Source: Polyangiaceae bacterium (GTDB taxonomy: Bacteria > Myxococcota_A > Polyangia > Polyangiales > Polyangiaceae). Taken from it: a stretch of 64,000 nt of DNA. The translations under genes were made by a program, and so were the position numbers. Below, one piece after another: positions 1-12,208 of the stretch (the stretch's first letter is position 1; each line of letters begins with the position of its first letter). Where the stretch lies: the NCBI GenBank assembly GCA_035063585.1, contig JAPSGB010000017.1:22281-86280 (forward strand), in the 5' to 3' direction. The notes beneath the pieces are model-generated. The model was not told the DNA's origin. It ran no database searches and saw only the letters and a program-made list of their open reading frames with translations.

Positions 1-562
1 TGGCGGGGAGGGCGTCGGCGAGCGCGGTCATCAACGCCGCGCGAGGCACGAGCGCGTGAGCGATGACGAGCGCGCCGCCTGTGCCCTGACTCTGCCCGGA
101 GGAGCGGAGCGCAAAGCCGTGGGCGGCGAAGGAGCTTGGGTCGTCGTCGCTCGGCGTCAGGCGCCAGAGCGTGAGCCCGCCCGAGTGACCGCTGCCGTGC
201 TCGAGCACCACTCGCGCGATGGGCTCGGTCAGCGGATCGCAGCCGAACCGGACCTCGACCACGCTGCCGTCGAGGGACGGGACATACGCGCGGCGGAGCT
301 CGGTCGCGATGCGCGCTTCGCGGAGGCGATGATCCGCGCACGTCGAGGCGCGGTCGGGCGGCGCGGGCACCGGCGGCGGGCGCTCGAGGCGGCAGCGGCT
401 CGGGGCGGGAGCGCGCGGAGGGAGCGCGGGCGCGGGGGTCGCAGCCGAGGAGCGCGGCGTGGACGCGACCGGGGCGGCGCTGGCCGGCGACGGCGCTCGA
501 GCGAGGAGCTTCGGGGAGCATGCGGCGAGCAGGCTCGCGAGGATGGCCGGGGAGGCGCGCAT
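1..562 (-). CDS. Putative lipoprotein, runs off the left edge (partial)
   Basis: Read by hand on the minus strand from ATG at 562: MRASPAILASLLAAC (lipobox-like), Pro/Ala linker, frame open to the window edge; TACCAT box 6 nt upstream. Not in the ORF track. Confidence 0.55.
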   Translation of the reverse strand, partial: MRASPAILASLLAACSPKLLARAPSPASAAPVASTPRSSAATPAPALPPRAPAPSRCRLERPPPVPAPPDRASTCADHRLREARIATELRRAYVPSLDGSVVEVRFGCDPLTEPIARVVLEHGSGHSGGLTLWRLTPSDDDPSSFAAHGFALRSSGQSQGTGGALVIAHALVPRAALMTALADALPA

Positions 563-758
563 CCCACGATGGTAAACGCAGGGGACCCGAAAGTTCCCTT
601 GGCGCGGGGGCGCGACCCGTCGATTCCGCGCCGCGCCGACCCCACCCATCACCTCGGGGGACGACGGGCGGATGGATAATTTCCGAGAAAACCACGACGC
701 GCGGCGACCCGTCGCGCGGATTCGGGACGCGGGGCATCTGTGCTAAGACGGCCCGACC

Positions 759-2392
<1,634 letters not shown>

Positions 2393-2396
<4 letters not shown>

Positions 2397-3052
2397 CGCT
2401 CTCTCGCACGCTGGCTCTCGCCTTCGCCTCGGCGGCGCTGCTCCTCGCGGCCGGCTGCTCCGGCGGTAGCCCACCCGAGCAACCCGAGCTCGATCCGTCG
2501 CTCGCCGCGAACGTGCTCGAGGGGGTACCGAGCGACATCGCGCGCACCTACGTCGACTTCGGCTCGAAGGTGCACCTGGTCGGATACAAGGTCGAGCCCG
2601 AGGGCGTCACCGCGCCGGGCACGCTGGTCAAGCTCACGCTCTACTGGCAGCCGCAGGTCAGGCTCGGGCGCGGGTGGCGGCTCTTCACGCACGTGCTCGA
2701 CGACCGCGACCGGCAGATCGCCAACCTCGACAACGTAGGTCCGCTTCGAAAGCTCGAGGGCGCAGGCCCCGCCGAGCATCAGACGCTCGGCCCGAGTGAG
2801 TGGCAGCCGGGCAAGATCTACGTCGACGAGCAGACGTTCCAGGTACCGGGCGACACCCGCTCCACCGAGCTCACCTTCGCCGTCGGGGTCTGGCGCGGAA
2901 ATACCCGCCTGCCGATCCTGAGCGGGCGCGCCGACCGGCAGAACCGCGCCATCGTGGCGCACCTCGTCACGGGCTTGCGGCCGCCGCCGCCGGCGCCCAA
3001 GGCATCGACCTCGGCGGCTCCCGCGCCGCCCGTCGCGCCGGCGCCGCGCTGA
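2393..3052 (+). CDS. Lipoprotein with a beta-sandwich domain (FGxKVxLxGY...LxLYW...LFTHxLD...WxxG), paralog of the N-domain of the next gene
   Basis: Lipobox LAAGC; GTGA overlap with the ffh stop; visible similarity to the next ORF. Confidence 0.8.
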
Positions 3053-3078
3053 GCATCGAGCAGAGAGAGGAAGTCCTG

Positions 3079-4569
3079 ATGATCATGAGTCGTTCGCTCG
3101 CGAGGTCCTCGTCGCTCTTCGTCCTCCTGGCAGCGCTCGGCGCGGGCGGCTGCGTCGGCGGCTCCTCCGAGGTGACCGCGACGGACAAGGAGGCCTTGAA
3201 GGCCTACGTCCTCGACAAGGCGCCGGAGAAGCTCCCGCACCGGCTCGACATCGACTTCGACGGCAAGGTGACGCTCCTCGGCTACCGCATCGAGCCGGAG
3301 GGCGCGGTCCAGCCGAACCAGCGCGTCAAGCTCACCATGTACTGGCGCTCGGACAAGAAGCTCGACGGCGCGTGGAACCTCTTCACGCACTTGCTCGACG
3401 GCTCCGGCGAGCGGGTCATGAACATCGACAACGTGGGCCCCATCCGAGAGCTGCGCGGCACCACCCAGGTGCTCGGCCCGAGCCAGTGGCAGGCGGGCAA
3501 GGTCTACGTGGACGAGCAGGTCTTCAACGTGCCCGCCAAGCTCCGCACCGACAAGCTCCAGGTCGTCGTGGGCGTGTGGAAAGACAACGACCGCCTGAAG
3601 CCGACGAGTGGCCCGCACGACCGCGAGAACCGCGGGCTCGTCGCCACCCTCACCACCACCACCGCGACGGCGCGAGAGAAGCCCGCGGCGAACACCCGTG
3701 TCCCGACGCTGCGGGTCGACAAGCTCGCGAAGGGCGAGCGCATCAAGCTCGACGGCAAGCTCGACGACGAGGCGTGGAAGACCGCGCCGGTGGCCGGGCC
3801 CTTCGTGAACGTCAGCACCGGCCACGCCGACCAGAAGTCGCCCGTCGGCGGCTCGGTCAAGGTTCTATGGGACGACGCCGGCCTCTACCTCGGCTTCGAC
3901 GTGAAGGACGCGGATCTCCAGGGTGGCTTCAAGAAGACCGACAAGGACCCGCATCTCTGGAAGAAGAGCGCCGTCGAGATCATGATCGACCCCGACGGCG
4001 ACGGGGACAACAAGGACTACTACGAGATCCAGGTGGGCCCGCAAAACCTGGTCTTCGACTCGCACTTCGACGACTACGGCCAGCCCAAGAAGGAGCCCGA
4101 CGGGCCCTTCGGCCACCAGGAGTGGTCGGCGAAGCTAAAGAGCGCGGTGACCGTCAGGGGGACCATCGACGAGTCCGACGACAAGGACGAGGGCTACACG
4201 GTCGAGCTCATGATCCCGTGGAAGTCCTTTTCCAAGGCCAAGTCGTCGCCGCCCAAGCTCGGCGACGTGTGGCGCGTGAACTTCTACGCGATGAAGAACG
4301 ACCAGGGCGTCGCTTGGTCGCCGATCCTCGGGCAGGGGACTTTCCACAAGGCATCTCGGTTCGGGAAGATCCTGTGGGCGGAGAAGGGCTGGGCCCCGCC
4401 CATCCCGGCGCCGCTCGCGGCCGCGCCGAGCGCCGCGCCACCCGCGTCGGGCTCCGCCTCGCCGCCAGCACCCTCCCGGCCCCCGGATTTCAAGCCGCTC
4501 ATGGTGCCCGAGCGGATCCGGGAGCAGCTCCCCCTCGTGCGCCCCGAGCTCAAGCCGACCAAGAAGTGA
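3079..4569 (+). CDS. Lipoprotein: beta-sandwich domain plus CBM9-like (DOMON-type) carbohydrate-binding domain
   Basis: GAGAGG RBS; lipobox AGGC; LDGKLDDEAW, VKVLWDDAGLYLGF, VEIMIDPDGDG, YTVELMIPW, WRVNFY motifs. Confidence 0.85.
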   Translation: MIMSRSLARSSSLFVLLAALGAGGCVGGSSEVTATDKEALKAYVLDKAPEKLPHRLDIDFDGKVTLLGYRIEPEGAVQPNQRVKLTMYWRSDKKLDGAWNLFTHLLDGSGERVMNIDNVGPIRELRGTTQVLGPSQWQAGKVYVDEQVFNVPAKLRTDKLQVVVGVWKDNDRLKPTSGPHDRENRGLVATLTTTTATAREKPAANTRVPTLRVDKLAKGERIKLDGKLDDEAWKTAPVAGPFVNVSTGHADQKSPVGGSVKVLWDDAGLYLGFDVKDADLQGGFKKTDKDPHLWKKSAVEIMIDPDGDGDNKDYYEIQVGPQNLVFDSHFDDYGQPKKEPDGPFGHQEWSAKLKSAVTVRGTIDESDDKDEGYTVELMIPWKSFSKAKSSPPKLGDVWRVNFYAMKNDQGVAWSPILGQGTFHKASRFGKILWAEKGWAPPIPAPLAAAPSAAPPASGSASPPAPSRPPDFKPLMVPERIREQLPLVRPELKPTKK

Positions 4570-4579
4570 CGCCGCGCGC

Positions 4580-5002
4580 TCAGAAGCGGTAGCGCCGCGC
4601 GAGCGCGCCCTCGAGGTCCGCGCAGCGCCGGGCACCCTCGCGAGCGCGCGCGAGGCGCGCCTCCGAGCTCTCGACCAGGGCGGCGGCGCTCGCCGCCGGA
4701 GGCGCCGCCGCGTCCATGGCGAGCGCGCTCGCGAGCGCGCGCGCCGTGCCGAGCGCGCCCAGCAGGTCACGATACGCCGCGACGCAGGTCGCTTTGAGCT
4801 CGCGGACGTCCGAGCTCGCGCACGGCTCGGCCTCGAGCGCGGCGAGGAAGGGCGCCTTGGCCGGATTCGGCGCGGCGCGGAGCTGCTGCACCGAGCGCGC
4901 CACGCGGGCGGCCTCCGCGCGGTGCGCCTCCTCGGCTTCGCCCCGGCACGCGAGCGCCGTGAGGCCGGCGAGCGCGAGCGCCCAGCGGGCGAGGCCGGGC
5001 AC
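4580..5002 (-). CDS. Small helical lipoprotein, hypothetical
   Basis: 3' part of ORF 4580..5734; lipobox-like LTALAC after GTG at 5002; start uncertain. Confidence 0.6.
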   Translation of the reverse strand: MPGLARWALALAGLTALACRGEAEEAHRAEAARVARSVQQLRAAPNPAKAPFLAALEAEPCASSDVRELKATCVAAYRDLLGALGTARALASALAMDAAAPPAASAAALVESSEARLARAREGARRCADLEGALARRYRF

Positions 5003-5010
5003 GAGCCGGC

Positions 5011-5547
5011 TCAGTCCGCGACCTTCGGGGGCGGGCCCATCTGGATCCGCTCGCCGATGTACGCGCCGATCAACGTGAAGAGCACGCCGATGGCGGACAT
5101 GAGCACATACATGAAGGCGGGCATCGTCTTCACCGTCTGGCTCTTGAAGAGCAGGAACGCGGTGGGCAGCGCGACGAGGAAGACCGCCGCTACCGGCTCG
5201 ATGAAGGTGCGTCCGGGCGAGATGAGGCCGATGAGGACGCCGGCCAAGAACCACACCGGGACGGCGACCATCATCCCGGCGGAGCCCTCGAAGTCGAACG
5301 CGGGCACCACCATCGGCAAGCCCATGACCAGCGCCGCGGTGAGCACCGTCACGATGACGATCGACACCCCGAACCAGGCCAGGCTGAAGCCCTCCTGCTG
5401 GTAGCGCCGCTCGAGCTCGTCCTGGCGCGAGAGCGCGCGCTTGACGTCCTCGATCTTCGCGCCGCACGAGACGCACCGGTTGTTGATGAGCGGCGCGGTG
5501 TTCTTGAAACCGCAGGACGGGCAGATGATGTTCTTGGTCGCTGCCAT
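5011..5547 (-). CDS. Zinc-ribbon (CPSC/CVSC) membrane protein with about 4 TM segments
   Basis: MAATKNIICPSCGFKN...RCVSCG followed by hydrophobic helices; TATACT box and GAGG RBS upstream. Confidence 0.8.
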   Translation of the reverse strand: MAATKNIICPSCGFKNTAPLINNRCVSCGAKIEDVKRALSRQDELERRYQQEGFSLAWFGVSIVIVTVLTAALVMGLPMVVPAFDFEGSAGMMVAVPVWFLAGVLIGLISPGRTFIEPVAAVFLVALPTAFLLFKSQTVKTMPAFMYVLMSAIGVLFTLIGAYIGERIQMGPPPKVAD

Positions 5548-5718
5548 GGGTGCCTCGGCGGGGAGAGTATACCGGATCGACCGAGAGCGGAAACCGGGCT
5601 CGCCGGCCGACGAGCCCCGCTCCGGCTCCCGCCCGCGGCCGAAGTGGGTTAGGTTGGATGCCGGTTCGGCGCGGAACCTCGCGGCGCGCCGGATTGTCAT
5701 AAGCTGCTCGAGAGCCCC

Positions 5719-6372
5719 ATGAACGAGCGCTCACCCGCCGCCGACCCGCAGCTCCCGGCCGAGACCGCGCTGGACCCCGATCTCGAGGCCCTCCCGGAGC
5801 CGCGCCGCCCCGGCAGGACCCTCACCCTGCTCGTGATGGCCGTCACCGCGACCCTCGCGCTGCTGCTGGCGTATGCCCTGCGTGGCGAGGCCGCCTACGC
5901 GCTCGAGCGAGGCGCGCCGCTCGAGCTCGGCGAGCTCGACGGCTTCACGCCGCGCGCGGAGCTCGCCAACCGCTGGGTGCGCGGAGAGGCGCCGCTCGGC
6001 TCGAACGGCGCGCTCCGCTACGGGCGCCCGCTCGACGGCGACACCTTCCGGCTCGCGCCGGTGGGCGGGAACGACCGGCTGTGGGTCGAGGTCCGCGTCC
6101 CGGCGGAGCTCGACGACCCGCGCTTCGTGCCGCCAAGCTCGTTCGTCGGGCGCCTGGTGCCGTTTCGAAGCTCGGGGCTCGGCCACGCCGGACTCCCGGA
6201 CGCGGTCGCTGAGGCCGCGAGCCCGGCGCGCGTGCCCGCCGATGCGTGGGTGCTCATCGACGATCAGTCGCCCCGCGGCACGCGCTGGGCGCTCGGCCTG
6301 GTGGCGCTCCTGCTCGGGTTCGCGGGCTTCAACCTGTGGGGGCTCTATCAGCTCACGCGCCCGGTGAGCTGA
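5719..6372 (+). CDS. Hypothetical protein with N- and C-terminal TM helices
   Basis: ORF with host-like codon bias and two hydrophobic segments. Confidence 0.7.
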   Translation: MNERSPAADPQLPAETALDPDLEALPEPRRPGRTLTLLVMAVTATLALLLAYALRGEAAYALERGAPLELGELDGFTPRAELANRWVRGEAPLGSNGALRYGRPLDGDTFRLAPVGGNDRLWVEVRVPAELDDPRFVPPSSFVGRLVPFRSSGLGHAGLPDAVAEAASPARVPADAWVLIDDQSPRGTRWALGLVALLLGFAGFNLWGLYQLTRPVS

Positions 6373-6451
6373 GGCGCAGAGCCCCCCGCGCGGGCACCCC
6401 GGGTTCGCGCTCGCGCGCGGCCCCGGCCGGTGGCAGAACGCGGAGCGGATC

Positions 6452-7630
6452 ATGGTGAAGAGCGCGAGCCGGAAGCGGGGCGAGAGGCACGTCGTCATCG
6501 TCGGGGCGGGCGCCATCGGCTGCGCGAGCGCGTGGTGCCTGGCGCGGCGCGGCGTCCGAGTGACCGTGCTCGAGCGGGGCGAGCCGGGCGGCGAGGCGTC
6601 CACGGCCGCCGCCGGCATCCTCGGCGCCCAGGCCGAGGCGCACGGCCCGGGCCCGATGACCGAGCTCGCGCTCCTCGCGCGAGCCCGCTATCCGCGCTGG
6701 GTAGCCGAGCTCCGCCGGCTCACGCGCATCGACGTCGGCTACCGCGAGTCGGGGCTCCTACGGGTGGGGCTCGACCGCGCGACGGCGACCCTGCTCGTCA
6801 AGGCCGCGCGCTGGCAGGCTCGCCAGGGCCTCGGCGTCACCGCGCTCGACGGGCGGCGCGCCCGCGCGCTCGAGCCGGCGCTCTCGCCAGCGGTCGCCGG
6901 AGGCGTGCGCTTCGACGACGCGCACCTCGAGCCGAGGGCGTTCTTCGCCGCGCTCCGCGGCGCCGCGCTCGCCGCCGGCGCGCGGATCGTCACCGGCGTG
7001 TCGGCGGCGAGCGTGCTCATCGAGGGAGAGCGCGCGGTCGGCGTCGCGCTCGACGACGGCAGCCGCCTCGTCGCGAGCGACGTGGTGGTCGCCGCGGGGA
7101 GCTTCACCACGCTCCTCGGCGGGCTCCCGCTCGCGGCGGACGCCGTGCGCCCCGCGCGCGGGCAAATCATCGAGCTCCGATCGCCCGCGCCGCTCATCCG
7201 TCAGGTGGTGTTCGGGCCGCGCTGCTACCTCGTGCCCCGCGACGACGGGCGCACCGCGGTAGGCTCGACGCTCGAGTTCGTCGGCTTCCAGCGCGGCGTC
7301 ACCGCGGCCGCCGTGCAGGCGCTGCTCGCCGCCGCCATCGAGCTCGTGCCGGGGCTCGCGTCAGCCGCGCTCGCCGGCGCCTGGTCCGGCTTCCGCCCGT
7401 GGACGCCCGACGAGCTGCCGCTCATCGGCTCACCCGGCGTCGAGCGGCTCATCATCGCGAGCGGGCACTATCGCAACGGGATCCTGCTCACGCCCATCAC
7501 CGCCGAGCTGGTGACCGCGCTGGTGCTCGGGCGGCGACCCGCGCTCGATCTCACCCCGTTCGCGCCGGGCCGCGCGCTCCCGAGCCGAGGCCCGGCCGGG
7601 GTGGTCGGGGCGGCGCGGAATCCCGCCTGA
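6452..7630 (+). CDS. thiO: Glycine oxidase ThiO (DAO family FAD oxidoreductase)
   Basis: VIVGAGAIG, ASTAAAGIL, VRPARGQ, GFRPWTPDELPLIG, GHYRNGILL. Confidence 0.85.
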   Translation: MVKSASRKRGERHVVIVGAGAIGCASAWCLARRGVRVTVLERGEPGGEASTAAAGILGAQAEAHGPGPMTELALLARARYPRWVAELRRLTRIDVGYRESGLLRVGLDRATATLLVKAARWQARQGLGVTALDGRRARALEPALSPAVAGGVRFDDAHLEPRAFFAALRGAALAAGARIVTGVSAASVLIEGERAVGVALDDGSRLVASDVVVAAGSFTTLLGGLPLAADAVRPARGQIIELRSPAPLIRQVVFGPRCYLVPRDDGRTAVGSTLEFVGFQRGVTAAAVQALLAAAIELVPGLASAALAGAWSGFRPWTPDELPLIGSPGVERLIIASGHYRNGILLTPITAELVTALVLGRRPALDLTPFAPGRALPSRGPAGVVGAARNPA

Positions 7631-7663
7631 CGCTCCGCGCGCGCGTCGTGCTAAACGGCGGCC

Positions 7664-8704
7664 ATGCCCGTCACCTATCGCCAAGCCGGAGTCGACATCG
7701 ACGCCGGCGACGCCCTGGTCGAGCGCATCAAGCCGCTCGCGAAGAGCACGCGCATCGCCGAAGTGCTCGCCGACGTGGGCGGCTTCGCTGGCCTCTGCGC
7801 GCTGCCGGCCGGCGTCGACGACCCCATCCTGGTGAGCGGCACCGACGGCGTCGGCACCAAGCTGAAGGTCGCCTTCGCCACCGGACGCCACGGCACCATC
7901 GGGCAAGATCTGGTGGCGATGTGCGTGAACGACGTCATCACCACCGGCGCGCGCCCGCTCTTTTTCCTCGACTATTTCGCGTGCGGCAAGCTCGAGGTCG
8001 AGCAGGCCGAGCAGGTGATCGCGGGCATCGCCGAGGGCTGCCGCCAGAGCGGCTGCGCGCTGCTCGGCGGGGAGACGGCCGAGCTGCCCGGCATGTACCC
8101 GCGCGGCGAGTACGACTTGGCGGGTTTTGCCGTCGGCGTCGTGTCACGACGCGCGCTGCTCGGACCGGAGCGCGTGAAGGACGGGGACGCGCTCATCGCC
8201 GTGGCGTCGAGCGGGCTGCACTCGAACGGCTACTCGCTCGCGCGACGCGTGCTCGAAGCGGAGCTCGGGCTCGCGCTCGACGCGACGCTCCCCGAGCTGG
8301 GCGAGACGGTCGCCGACGCGCTCATCCGTCCGACGCGCATCTACGCGCGCGCCGCCCAGGCGCTCGGGGCCGCGCTCGGCGATGACTTGCACGCCCTCTG
8401 CCACGTCACCGGGGGCGGCGTGCCGGGCAACCTGCCGCGCGTGCTACCGGCCGACGCGGTCGCGCACATGCCCTTCGATCACGCGCGCCCGGCGCTGTTC
8501 GAGGTCATCGCGCGGGGCGGGCCGGTCGAGGAGGCGGAGATGCGCCGCACCTTCAACCTCGGCATCGGCCTCATCGCGGTGGTCGCGGAGCGCCGGGCGG
8601 AGGACGCGCTCGCATCGCTCGCGGGCTCCGGCGAGAAGGCCTGGCGCGCGGGCGTGGTGCGGCGCGGGGGAGTCGAGCACGGCGCCCGCGTCGAGCTCGG
8701 CTGA
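7664..8704 (+). CDS. purM: Phosphoribosylformylglycinamidine cyclo-ligase
   Basis: YRQAGVDI, GTDGVGTK, GGETAELPG, SSGLHSNGYSL, TFNLGIG. Confidence 0.97.
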   Translation: MPVTYRQAGVDIDAGDALVERIKPLAKSTRIAEVLADVGGFAGLCALPAGVDDPILVSGTDGVGTKLKVAFATGRHGTIGQDLVAMCVNDVITTGARPLFFLDYFACGKLEVEQAEQVIAGIAEGCRQSGCALLGGETAELPGMYPRGEYDLAGFAVGVVSRRALLGPERVKDGDALIAVASSGLHSNGYSLARRVLEAELGLALDATLPELGETVADALIRPTRIYARAAQALGAALGDDLHALCHVTGGGVPGNLPRVLPADAVAHMPFDHARPALFEVIARGGPVEEAEMRRTFNLGIGLIAVVAERRAEDALASLAGSGEKAWRAGVVRRGGVEHGARVELG

Positions 8705-8784
8705 CGCGCCGCCCTCGGCGCGCGCCGCGCGGGCGGCAGCTCGCCGCGGCCGAGCCTCCGGCGGGAGTGCTAGGCTCCGGCCGC

Positions 8785-9414
8785 GTGACGCTCGAGCTCG
8801 GCATCCTGATCTCTGGCCGCGGGTCGAACCTGCAGGCGATCCTCGACGCGGTCGAGCGCGGCGCGCTCGACGCGCGCGTGCGCGTGGTCATCTCGAACCG
8901 CGCGGACGCGCCCGGACTCACCCGCGCCGCGCAGGCAAGAATCCCCACCGCTACCATCGCCCACCGAGACTACTCCTCGCGCGAGGCGTTCGACGCGGCA
9001 CTCGTCGAGGCGCTCCGCGGCGCGGGGGCGGAGCTCATCGTGCTCGCCGGCTTCATGCGCGTGCTCACTCCGGTGATGATAGGCGCCTACCATGACCGGA
9101 TCATCAACATCCATCCGTCGCTCTTGCCGGCGTTCCCGGGCGCGCACGCGCACCGCGACGCGCTCGCGTACGGGGTCAAGGTGTCGGGCTGCACGGTGCA
9201 CTTCGTCGACGAGGGCACCGACACCGGACCCATCATCCGCCAGCGCGCGGTGCCGGTGCTCGACGACGACGACGAGGAGCGGCTCGCCGCGCGGGTGCTC
9301 GCGGTCGAGCACGCGCTGCTCGTCGAGGCGCTCGCCGCGATGGCCGAGGGGCGCGTGTCGGTGGAGCCGGGCGACGGAGACCGGCGCGCGCGCGTCGTGG
9401 AGAGGCGTGGATGA
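8785..9414 (+). CDS. purN: Phosphoribosylglycinamide formyltransferase
   Basis: LISGRGSNLQA, LAGFMR, NIHPSLLPAFPG, GCTVHFV, DTGPII. Confidence 0.97.
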   Translation: MTLELGILISGRGSNLQAILDAVERGALDARVRVVISNRADAPGLTRAAQARIPTATIAHRDYSSREAFDAALVEALRGAGAELIVLAGFMRVLTPVMIGAYHDRIINIHPSLLPAFPGAHAHRDALAYGVKVSGCTVHFVDEGTDTGPIIRQRAVPVLDDDDEERLAARVLAVEHALLVEALAAMAEGRVSVEPGDGDRRARVVERRG

Positions 9415-10985
9415 CGGCTCGGCATTTCGACGTCGTCGTGCTCGGGCGCTCGCTCGGCGCGCTCGCGGCCGCCGCGCTGCTCGCGCGGCGCGAGTTCCGC
9501 GTGCTCTGCCTGGGGCAGGGGGATCGGCCCGCGTCGTATCGCTTCGATCGGCACGTGCTGGCGCGGCGCGCGTTCACCCTGCTCGCGGGTGCCTCGCCGG
9601 TGTGGCGCAAGCTCTTGCAGGAGCTCGCCCAGACCCCGAGCTTCCGTCGCCGGACCACCACGCTCGATCCGATGTTCGTGGTGATGTCCGAGGGGCGGCG
9701 CATCGAGGTGCCTCCGGACATGGAGCTCTTCGGTCGTGAAATCGACCGCGAATACCCCGAGGTCCGCCAGCTCGTCGAGGAGCTCTACGCCACCTTCGCG
9801 CAGGTGAACGCGGCCGCCGACGCGACGTTCGAGCGCGATGCGGTGTGGCCCCCCGGCAGGCTGTGGGAGCGGCTCGAGACGAGCCGCGCGGCAGCGGGCC
9901 TGCCCTTCGCGGGTCGGGAACGACAGCAAGACCTGCTCGGCAAGTTCCCCGCGAGCCACCCCTATCGCGAGCTCGTGCAGCTCCCCGCGCTCTTTGCGAC
10001 CGACCTCGCGGTCGCGGGAAACCAGCTCCCGCAGTTCGCGCTCGCGCGGCTCCACGGCGCTTGGACGCGGGGAGTGCAGGCGCTCGAGAGAGGCGAGGAC
10101 GAGCTCACCGAGTTCCTGGTCGAGCGCATCCTCGCGCACGGCGGCGAGTGTCGCCTCGACGAGCGCGCGACCTCGCTGCTCGTGCGTCGCGGTGCGGTGC
10201 GCGGCGTCGTGGTCGACGGGGAAGAGCACGCGACCGGCGCTGGCGCCGTGGTGAGCGATCATTCGGGCGAGGCGCTCGCGGATCTGGCGCACGGCGAGGG
10301 CATCACCAAGCATGCCGAACGCGACTGGCCTCGGCTCACCGCCTCGGCGGGGCGATTCGTGGTGAGCCTGATCGTCAGGACGCGAGGGCTACCCGGGCCG
10401 CTTGGGGTCGAGGCCTTCCTGCTGCCTTCCGGGTCCGGGCGCCCGGACCCTCGCAAGCCCATCGTCCACCTACAGCGCAGCCCCGCGGCGATTCATCGGG
10501 CAGACGCGCCCGCCGCGGCGGACGACGAGACGCTGCTGGTCGCCGAGACGCTCTTGCCGGTGCGCGGTCCGCTCACCTTGCTCGAAGCGCGCGAGGCCGT
10601 GCTCGGCACGCTGCGGTCGCACCTGCCCTTCCTCGATCGGCACCTGGTGGCGGTGGACTCGGTGCACGACGGCCTGCCCGTCCATGACTTCGAGCGCGGG
10701 GTGCGGCGCGAGATCGATCGCACGCACCTGAGCGGCGGTAGCCCCGGACCGGAGCCGATGCAGTGGCTCTGGTCGGTCGACCCACCAGGCTTCCTCGAGC
10801 TCGCCGGCGAGCCCATCCGCGGCCCCATCCCCGGCACCTACCTGGTCGGACGCTCGGTGCTGCCGGCCCTGGGGCAAGAGGGCCAGCTCCTGGCGGCTTG
10901 GAGCGCGGCGCGCCTCATCACCCGGCGCGATCGGACACGACAAAAAATGCGCCGTCAGATGTGGACCAAGATCGAGACCGGCTGA
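9411..10985 (+). CDS. Phytoene-dehydrogenase-like FAD-dependent oxidoreductase, divergent
   Basis: N-terminal FDVVVLGRSLGALAAAALLA Rossmann motif; C-terminal PALGQEGQLLA; ATGA overlap with purN. Confidence 0.65.
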   Translation: MTARHFDVVVLGRSLGALAAAALLARREFRVLCLGQGDRPASYRFDRHVLARRAFTLLAGASPVWRKLLQELAQTPSFRRRTTTLDPMFVVMSEGRRIEVPPDMELFGREIDREYPEVRQLVEELYATFAQVNAAADATFERDAVWPPGRLWERLETSRAAAGLPFAGRERQQDLLGKFPASHPYRELVQLPALFATDLAVAGNQLPQFALARLHGAWTRGVQALERGEDELTEFLVERILAHGGECRLDERATSLLVRRGAVRGVVVDGEEHATGAGAVVSDHSGEALADLAHGEGITKHAERDWPRLTASAGRFVVSLIVRTRGLPGPLGVEAFLLPSGSGRPDPRKPIVHLQRSPAAIHRADAPAAADDETLLVAETLLPVRGPLTLLEAREAVLGTLRSHLPFLDRHLVAVDSVHDGLPVHDFERGVRREIDRTHLSGGSPGPEPMQWLWSVDPPGFLELAGEPIRGPIPGTYLVGRSVLPALGQEGQLLAAWSAARLITRRDRTRQKMRRQMWTKIETG

Positions 10986-11050
10986 GCGCCGGCCCGGGGG
11001 GACTGGCGCGGGTGATCCGCGTCGACCCGAATCGGTGTATCTTCGAGGAG

Positions 11051-12208
11051 ATGCGCCGCTTGTTGTGTGCCCTGGCCTTCTGCGCTGGGCTGACGCTGGC
11101 CGCCTCCCCGGCTGCCGCCGAGACGCCAAAGACCATTCAAGTCCTCACCGTGATGAGCGATGACGCCTTCCCGCAGGCTCAAGCGCTCACCATCGCGCTG
11201 AAGCGGGTCGCGGCCCGCAGCGAAGGGTGGTCGGTGGGCCAGGGCGAGTATTCGCTCGAGGTGATGGTCGCCGCGCTGAACTGCCCCGCGCCGCCGGACG
11301 CGGCGTGCCAAGAGCGGATTGGCGCAAAGATCGGAGCCAAGCGCTTCATCTGGGGCTCGGCGCGCCTCGAGGGGAAGAACGTGGTCGTGAACCTGCACCT
11401 GTGGGAAGGCACCGAGAAGCGACACACCACCCTGCACTACTCCGCGAACCTGACCGACGCGACCGACGACGCGCTGCTCAAGATCGCGGAGAGCGGGTTT
11501 GCCGCCCTCGCCGGTGCCGCGCAAGGGGCGCTCGTCGTGCGCGCGGGCACGCAGTCCGGGCAGGTGCTGCTCGATGGCAATCCGATCGGGAACCTCACCG
11601 ACGGGCGCGGCGAGTTCCTGGTGCCGGTCGGGACGCACGAGGTGCGCGTGCGGGTGGCGGGCCATAACGACGCGGTGGGGACGGTCGACGTCTCGGCGAG
11701 CGGCCGCGCGGAGCTCACCCTCACCCCGTCTCCGAAGTCGGCGAGCGGTGCCGATGGCAGCGACGACGGCGTCTCGGTGAACACCGGGAAGATGAGCACG
11801 CGGCGGATCCTCGCCTACACCGGCCTCGGCCTGGGCGGCGCGCTCATCGCCGGTGGCGTTTATAGCTGGGTGAAGATCGACTCCGTCAACAGCGATGAGC
11901 GCTTCGACTCCTACCGGCGAGCGGTCCGCACCGGGCTCGACGTGTGTGAAGAGGCCGAGGCGAACCACACCTACGCGGGCGCGACCTCACCGTCCGAGAT
12001 CGCCGACCTCTGCTCGAGCGCGCGCACCTGGCAGACGCTCCAGTACGTCTTCTTTGGTACCGGAATCGCGCTTGCCGGCGCCGGGACCTATCTCCTGCTC
12101 ACCGATCGGCCGGCGCACGACCAAGCGCGCGCGGCGCCGCCGCGGCTCGTTCCCACGGTCGGGTTCGGCCCGCACGGCGGTCAGGTCGACGTGCGCGTGG
12201 CGTTCTAG
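11051..12208 (+). CDS. Secreted PEGA-domain protein
   Basis: Signal peptide; VLLDGNPIG...VPVGTHEVRVRVAGH PEGA pattern; C-terminal hydrophobic segments ending RVAF. Confidence 0.75.
   Translation: MRRLLCALAFCAGLTLAASPAAAETPKTIQVLTVMSDDAFPQAQALTIALKRVAARSEGWSVGQGEYSLEVMVAALNCPAPPDAACQERIGAKIGAKRFIWGSARLEGKNVVVNLHLWEGTEKRHTTLHYSANLTDATDDALLKIAESGFAALAGAAQGALVVRAGTQSGQVLLDGNPIGNLTDGRGEFLVPVGTHEVRVRVAGHNDAVGTVDVSASGRAELTLTPSPKSASGADGSDDGVSVNTGKMSTRRILAYTGLGLGGALIAGGVYSWVKIDSVNSDERFDSYRRAVRTGLDVCEEAEANHTYAGATSPSEIADLCSSARTWQTLQYVFFGTGIALAGAGTYLLLTDRPAHDQARAAPPRLVPTVGFGPHGGQVDVRVAF

Noticed and set aside
570..758. Hairpins upstream of ffh as a possible SRP RNA
   Set aside because: No SRP helix-8 consensus (CAGG...GGAA...AGCA) found
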